From Histomonas meleagridis 2922-C6/04-290x (taxonomy: Eukaryota; Protista; Parabasalia): a stretch of DNA of 64,000 nucleotides. Every line of letters starts with the position of its first letter. Position 1 is the first letter of the stretch. The translations under genes were made by a program, and so were the position numbers. Of this stretch, positions 58,355 to 64,000 are shown piece after piece. Location of the stretch: contig JAANOX010000276.1 in NCBI GenBank assembly GCA_020184695.1, positions 124,001 to 188,000 of the forward strand. Direction: 5' to 3'. The notes beneath the pieces are model-generated. The model was not told the DNA's origin, made no database searches, and worked only from the letters and a program-made list of their open reading frames with translations.

Positions 58355-60556
58355 ATGGTGTTATTTCCCATTGCCATCTTATTGATTAATAAATATACCT
58401 TTGCTTTAGATATTAACAATAAGCAAATGTTTGAAGAAAATATAAAATTTAATTCAAAAAAAACAATTGGGAAATATCACAATTTTATACCCAGTGAAAA
58501 CGTATTACAAAGCACTGAACCATATGACAATGAAACAAATACACTTACAATTACCAATTTTGAAGAATTCGAAACCCAGAAATACAAGAATGAAGCACAA
58601 CATATCATTATTGATAATGTTAATGAAATTCCTGATGCAGCATTTAAATCTTGGCCTGTTTTAACCACAATAGAGATTAGTGAACATGTCAAAATTATTG
58701 GTAATGAAGCATTTTATTCATGTCCACTCATAACAGAGATCATGATACCCAATAATGTACAGTCAATTGGTTATTGTGCATTTTATTCATGTATCAATTT
58801 GGTAAAGGTTACTTTTGGAGAAAATCTCCTATCAATTGGAGATCGTGCATTTTCACAATGTACCAAATTATCTAGTGTCACAATCCCATCAGCAATTACT
58901 TCAATTGGAGTTGATGCATTTTGTTATTGTGAAAATCTTCAATCCATTAATATTCCAACGGAAAACACATATTATGCGAACAATGAAAACGATGGAATTC
59001 TTTATGACAAAAGCTTGACAACGTTAATCTTATATCCATCTGGAAAAACCGAAGAAACATTTCAAGTTCCAAAAGGAGTAACGTTAATCGGTTCGCGATC
59101 GTTTTCGTCATCGAAAAACTTGAAAACGATCACTTTTCAGAATGACGTTGCGCTCAATATTGAAACGAACGCGTTTTTCAACTGCACACAATTAACTGAA
59201 ATTTCAATTCCGGATTCAATCTCAGTAATTGAGAGCTATACATTTCAGTTTTGCTCAAATTTGGAGACCGTTACTATCGGCGAAGGTATAACAAGAATTG
59301 GATCTTATTCATTTTCAGATTGTTCCAAATTAACCACCATTATTATTCCTAAGAATGTTATGTCAATTGAAGCTGGCGCATTTTCAAATTGTAATAATCT
59401 TCAATCAATTAATGTCAATAATGATAACTTATATTACTCAAACAATAACAATGATGGAGTTCTTTACAACAAAGATAAGACGGTCCTTATATTTTATCCA
59501 AGAGGTAAAGTTGATAAATCATATCAAATTCCAAATACTGTAACCTTAATTAATGACAATGCATTTTCTTCATGCAATTCATTGGTATCAATTACAATGC
59601 CTAATACATTAGTTGAAATTGGTTATTCTGCGTTTTCTTTTTGTCACAATTTGCAATCTGTCACTTTTGGAGATAAAGTACAGAAAATCAATTCAAGCTC
59701 GTTTTATAACTGTGAAAACTTAAGAAGTATTACACTCCCCAACTTAATTACCATTATATCAGATTATACATTTTCATTTTGTTCTAATCTTGAAAGTGTT
59801 ATTATTAATTCTAATCTTGAATCGATATCATCATATTCATTTTATAATTGCGCCAAACTTAAGTGCGTCACATATAAAGGCATTCGTGAGCCTCACATTG
59901 ATGAAACCTCATTTATGAATGTCCCAATTCATACCATTATGGTCACTAATGAATATTCCACAAACAAATTTGGTGAATTTAATATTAACAAAGGAATCCT
60001 TACAGAATGTGCGCAAGCGAATTCGAGCTCATTAATTACTTCAAACATTACTTCATATTCGATTTCATTTTCATATACATTAACATATATATATTCATTC
60101 ACTCAAACAGTTATACTCAGAGAGACATTAACACATACGCAAACGATGTCAATGATCTCGTCGAGTTATGTCAACATTGACACCGAATATATATACTATG
60201 ATTACACAGTATTATTATATCCGACATATTTCTCATATTATTCCGACTTTTACACAATGTTTTACAATAACAATGAACACGATGATGTTAACAAAAACAC
60301 AAATGTGTATATAATTGTTATCGTAGTAGTCGTTGTGGTTATTGCTGTGGTCGTAGTAGTAATTGTGTTAAATCGGATGAGAAATCGTAAAAATAATTTG
60401 GTCGAGTTCGAAAGAGGTGAATCAGGCAAATTAGAGAACTTGGAAATAGAGAATAACACAAACACAACATTCGAAACTGCTTTCTCAGTGTCAAATATCG
60501 CTGATGACCCATTCGCGGACGACTTTAAGGAGGATCGGTTCATCCCCCAAATATGA
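58355..60556 (+). CDS. BspA-like LRR surface protein with TM and cytoplasmic tail
   Basis: Signal peptide, many LRR_5 repeats, two DG(I/V)LY.K..T.LI.YP.GK modules, S/T/Y-rich stalk, TM, and DDPFADDF tail. Confidence 0.92.
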   Translation: MVLFPIAILLINKYTFALDINNKQMFEENIKFNSKKTIGKYHNFIPSENVLQSTEPYDNETNTLTITNFEEFETQKYKNEAQHIIIDNVNEIPDAAFKSWPVLTTIEISEHVKIIGNEAFYSCPLITEIMIPNNVQSIGYCAFYSCINLVKVTFGENLLSIGDRAFSQCTKLSSVTIPSAITSIGVDAFCYCENLQSINIPTENTYYANNENDGILYDKSLTTLILYPSGKTEETFQVPKGVTLIGSRSFSSSKNLKTITFQNDVALNIETNAFFNCTQLTEISIPDSISVIESYTFQFCSNLETVTIGEGITRIGSYSFSDCSKLTTIIIPKNVMSIEAGAFSNCNNLQSINVNNDNLYYSNNNNDGVLYNKDKTVLIFYPRGKVDKSYQIPNTVTLINDNAFSSCNSLVSITMPNTLVEIGYSAFSFCHNLQSVTFGDKVQKINSSSFYNCENLRSITLPNLITIISDYTFSFCSNLESVIINSNLESISSYSFYNCAKLKCVTYKGIREPHIDETSFMNVPIHTIMVTNEYSTNKFGEFNINKGILTECAQANSSSLITSNITSYSISFSYTLTYIYSFTQTVILRETLTHTQTMSMISSSYVNIDTEYIYYDYTVLLYPTYFSYYSDFYTMFYNNNEHDDVNKNTNVYIIVIVVVVVVIAVVVVVIVLNRMRNRKNNLVEFERGESGKLENLEIENNTNTTFETAFSVSNIADDPFADDFKEDRFIPQI

Positions 60557-60619
60557 GACAATTTACATATTATCATGTAAAATAGTTTTAGTGAAAGTTT
60601 GTTTGAATGTGATTTGAAG

Positions 60620-60886
60620 CATTTGTGTGTGAATGAGTTGGAAATGAAATGAAATACGTTTTGATAACTATGCGTTTGATCAAAAAAAACGAAATCGTTT
60701 TGCATTTCATTATTTGATACGAAAGCAGAACAAATCGTTTGAATCAAATAATAATTTGTTTGCATGTCATTTGAAGTATTTGTGTGTGAATGAGTTGGAA
60801 ATGAAATAAAATATATTTTGATAAATATGTGTTTGATGAAAAAAACGAAATCGTTTTGCATTTCATTATTTGGTATGAAAAGCAGA
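60620..60886. repeat. Two ~110-nt direct repeats, offset 157 nt
   Basis: gtgtgtgaatgagttggaaatgaaat...cgaaatcgttttgcatttcattatttg occurs twice. Confidence 0.85.
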
Positions 60887-61320
60887 ATTTCAAGTAATTG
60901 GTGATGTTGTTTAACGTCTTTGATTTTTTGAATAAAAAATCGGGGTGGTACATATTATTGGTGTATGGGCATAGGTACCCTTATTTTAAAAGTGTCAATT
61001 GTATCGTCATTTGTTGAAGTGCTTGAGTTTTTAGAAGAATAAGTGCAATTTCTGAAAGAATTTTTTTTGATATATTGTTTTTGGAATTTCCAATTTTCTA
61101 CAACAAGAATTTATTGCTTTTTCTCATGAAAGTGTATTTATTCTTTATGAAACATGTGATAATAATTTCAATCCTTGTAAAATATAAGTCCAATTAATAT
61201 TGTTAATGATTATATTTATGTCAACAATATTACTTGTGATATTTCATAAACTAACTTCATTAATAATTTCACTGAAAAATACATTTTCTTTGGTAGAGTA
61301 TAAATATAAAAGCTTCAACA

Positions 61321-61328
61321 CACACACA

Positions 61329-61360
<32 letters not shown>
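61321..61360. repeat. (CA)n(AT)n microsatellite
   Basis: Directly visible. Confidence 0.9.
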
Positions 61361-61363
<3 letters not shown>

Positions 61364-61576
61364 TAAAAAAAATGATAAAAATGGAGTTGTTTATTCAATG
61401 TTTATATAGTTTAGTATAGATAATACTTTTTCTTAATGCTGAATACAAAATTTTATTTAACTTATTTTCTGATCTTGTTCATTATTAATGTATGAATTAA
61501 TTGATAATATGAGAAAAATATTGAAAAAAATAAAATAAAAGAATTTTTTATAAGTATATTATAGGAAAAAATTAAT

Positions 61577-62044
61577 TTATATTTCATTTTCAGAACTCGA
61601 TTCTTCTTTGATTTTTCTAAGTTCATTTCTCTTAAAAATAATTTGTCGCAATAAATTTTCATGTATTTGTTGTGCACGCAATCTTTCTTCATTTCTTATT
61701 TTGCTTGCATATTCTTGGGCTTTTTTAGGGTAACAACATGATGTATATATATAGCAAATAATCATTAAAGCAACAGATGTTAAACCAATACAATACTTAG
61801 GACGAAAATATATATATTTGAATTCATCTTCATTAATATTTGATGGAGATTTCGGTTGAACAGTTTCTGCAACATTGGAAAATTTAAGAAATGTAGTTAC
61901 AAATTCTACAATATAAGAACTACTAATTGTTACTTTTCCATTTTTGTCTATTGTTTTTGTTTGAGTCTCTGTGATTTCAAAATTAATTGTCTCTCTAAAA
62001 TCAACAGAATTTATTAATGAGAAAAATAAAACAATTATTTGCAT
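61577..62044 (-). CDS. Small single-pass membrane hypothetical protein
   Basis: Signal-like MQIIVLFFSLINS (ATG 62044), TM CIGLTSVALMIICYIY, charged tail. Confidence 0.6.
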   Translation of the reverse strand: MQIIVLFFSLINSVDFRETINFEITETQTKTIDKNGKVTISSSYIVEFVTTFLKFSNVAETVQPKSPSNINEDEFKYIYFRPKYCIGLTSVALMIICYIYTSCCYPKKAQEYASKIRNEERLRAQQIHENLLRQIIFKRNELRKIKEESSSENEI

Positions 62045-62323
62045 TATTTCCTTAAATTTTTTCCAAACAACTTTTAATATTTTATATTTTTTTTTAATCA
62101 TAAAAATGTGTTTGCAATTTTAAAAAACAAAAGCTTTTATGCAATACGAATTATTTTCAAATATTTTTTTATCATTAAAAACAGGAACTTCATTATGATA
62201 AATTAAAACAGTAAAATATTTATGTGAAAAACCAATTATCTGCTTTAGTAAAGTAATTTTTAATAATATAAAAAATTTTCAAGAGATTTAATTTATTGAG
62301 ATATAAAATCAGAGGATATTTAG

Positions 62324-63970
62324 TTAGTTTTCATGAAATAAGAGAAAGTCATCTTTCTTCTTACGGAATCCAACCCAGTAAATAACAAATGCAACTATTC
62401 CGATTGCCACAATTGAACAAACAACTGCTATAGCTATTATTGAGCCACGCGATAATCCATTATCTTCACTTTCTTGTTCCTGAGTTTGTTGTATCATTTG
62501 TGATAAAGTCGCAGTTTGTGAAATCTGTGATGCAGAAGATGGTTCTGCTGTTTGTTTTGGCGTTTGCGTGATATATTGTGAAGCTTGTGAAATAGTTTGC
62601 ACTGTTTGTGATATATATTGTGATTCTTGTGATGTAGGTTGTACTGTTTGTGATATCAGTTGTGATGTTTGTGTGGTTATTTGTGGAGATTGGGTTGTTG
62701 GAAGTATTGTTTTTGTTGATGTTAACGATAATGAATTCGTTGGTGATGTACCTGAACATTCTTGATCTGATGAACCAATTGAAACCCCTGTGATTCCAAA
62801 TGTTCCATCTTCATAGTTAGAAATAACTTTAACATTCGAAATAGGTGATGAACCAAATATATCATTGAATCCATTCAATTTGGATGGATTATATTGACCA
62901 CAATATGAAACTGAATTTAAATTAGAACATCCATCAAATGCATATTTAAATATATATGAAATTGAACTTGGTAATGAAATTGTTGTTAATCCTGTACATC
63001 CTTGAAATGCATATTCTGCAATTGTTGAAATTGAACAATCTTCACTAAATTCAATAGATTTAATTTGTGTCTTTCCTTGAAATGCTTTATTACAAATTAT
63101 ATTAACACCTGAACCGAAATAAACTTTAGAATAAGAATCAGAAACTTCATTAACATCACTTGATGTAACATATGAAACACCAATAATTACAAGTACATCA
63201 TTTTGGACAGAAAATGTTGGAGATGGAATCGGTGTGGGTGTAGGAGTTGAGGCTGTAGGAATTGGTGTTGGTGTATGAAATGTTGGTTCTGGTGTTGCTG
63301 TAGGTGATTGTGATGTTTCTGTTGGCAATGGCGGTTCTGTTGTTGGAATTGGAGTTGGTGTATTTGGTTCTACTGTTGGTTGCGGTGTTGCAGTTTGGGT
63401 TTGTGGAACTAACGTTGGAAATGGAGATTCTGTTGTTGGAATTGGTGTAGGAGTATTAGTTGGTGATATTCCTGAACATTCTTGATCTGATGAACCAATT
63501 GAAACCCCTGTGATTCCAAATGTTCCATCTTCATAGTTAGAAATAACTTTAACATTCGAAATAGGTGATGAACCAAATATATCATTGAATCCATTCAATT
63601 TGGATGGATTATATTGACCACAATATGAAACTGAATTTAAATTAGAACATCCATCAAATGCATATTTAAATATATATGAAATTGAACTTGGTAATGAAAT
63701 TGTTGTTAATCCTGTACATCCTTGAAATGCATATTCTGCAATTGTTGAAATTGAACAATCTTCACTAAATTCAATAGATTTAATTTGTGTCTTTCCTTGA
63801 AATGCTTTATTACAAATTATATTAACACCTGAACCGAAATAAACTTTAGAATAAGAATCAGAAACTTCATTAACATCACTTAATGTGACATATAACATGT
63901 CTCTGATGGCAAGTACCCCTTCTTGAACATAAGCAGTAGAAGAAGTTAGTCCAAACAAACCAATAATCAT
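62324..63970 (-). CDS. BspA-like surface protein with exactly duplicated LRR module, PT-rich linker, Q/S/T stalk and TM
   Basis: ISTIAEYAFQGCTGLTTISLPSSISYIFKYAFDGCSNL occurs twice; TPTPIPT repeats; TM IIAIAVVCSIVAIGIVAFVIYWV. Confidence 0.9.
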   Translation of the reverse strand: MIIGLFGLTSSTAYVQEGVLAIRDMLYVTLSDVNEVSDSYSKVYFGSGVNIICNKAFQGKTQIKSIEFSEDCSISTIAEYAFQGCTGLTTISLPSSISYIFKYAFDGCSNLNSVSYCGQYNPSKLNGFNDIFGSSPISNVKVISNYEDGTFGITGVSIGSSDQECSGISPTNTPTPIPTTESPFPTLVPQTQTATPQPTVEPNTPTPIPTTEPPLPTETSQSPTATPEPTFHTPTPIPTASTPTPTPIPSPTFSVQNDVLVIIGVSYVTSSDVNEVSDSYSKVYFGSGVNIICNKAFQGKTQIKSIEFSEDCSISTIAEYAFQGCTGLTTISLPSSISYIFKYAFDGCSNLNSVSYCGQYNPSKLNGFNDIFGSSPISNVKVISNYEDGTFGITGVSIGSSDQECSGTSPTNSLSLTSTKTILPTTQSPQITTQTSQLISQTVQPTSQESQYISQTVQTISQASQYITQTPKQTAEPSSASQISQTATLSQMIQQTQEQESEDNGLSRGSIIAIAVVCSIVAIGIVAFVIYWVGFRKKKDDFLLFHEN

Positions 63971-64000
63971 AATTAATGGTTACCTGCATGAAGGAAAAAG

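Overview
AT-rich eukaryotic DNA, almost certainly from a parabasalid protist (trichomonad lineage such as Histomonas or Tritrichomonas; this is an inference). The evidence is BspA-type LRR genes, DUF3447/ankyrin genes, Trichomonas-type M3/M5 promoter motifs, very short 5' UTRs and a 23-nt GT-AG intron with a CTAAC branch site. Intact housekeeping genes: TAD3-like deaminase subunit, TBC Rab-GAP, S8 subtilisin, CFAP77-like protein, GT61-like protein, S1/P1 nuclease, GH47 mannosidase, RPS23, PH-AGC kinase, divergent 14-3-3, TPR protein, cytosolic carboxypeptidase, AEC-family transporter, CenH3 and a DEDDy exonuclease-RRM fusion. These are interspersed with multicopy families (BspA, DUF3447-ankyrin, Hsp70-like), a Merlin/ISXO2 transposase and a mariner remnant. 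Two observations stand out. (1) In three independent ankyrin genes essentially every ankyrin repeat is interrupted at the same position by an AT-rich segment, usually exactly 68 nt and without GT-AG ends. These segments break the frame, and their removal restores perfect 34-aa repeats, which suggests a non-canonical intron or recoding system. (2) A small, probably secreted protein (831-1212, one homopolymer frameshift) has a C-terminal domain resembling the lactococcin 972 bacteriocin family, a candidate bacterial toxin gene domesticated by a protist. Many frameshifts lie in homopolymer runs and may be assembly errors.
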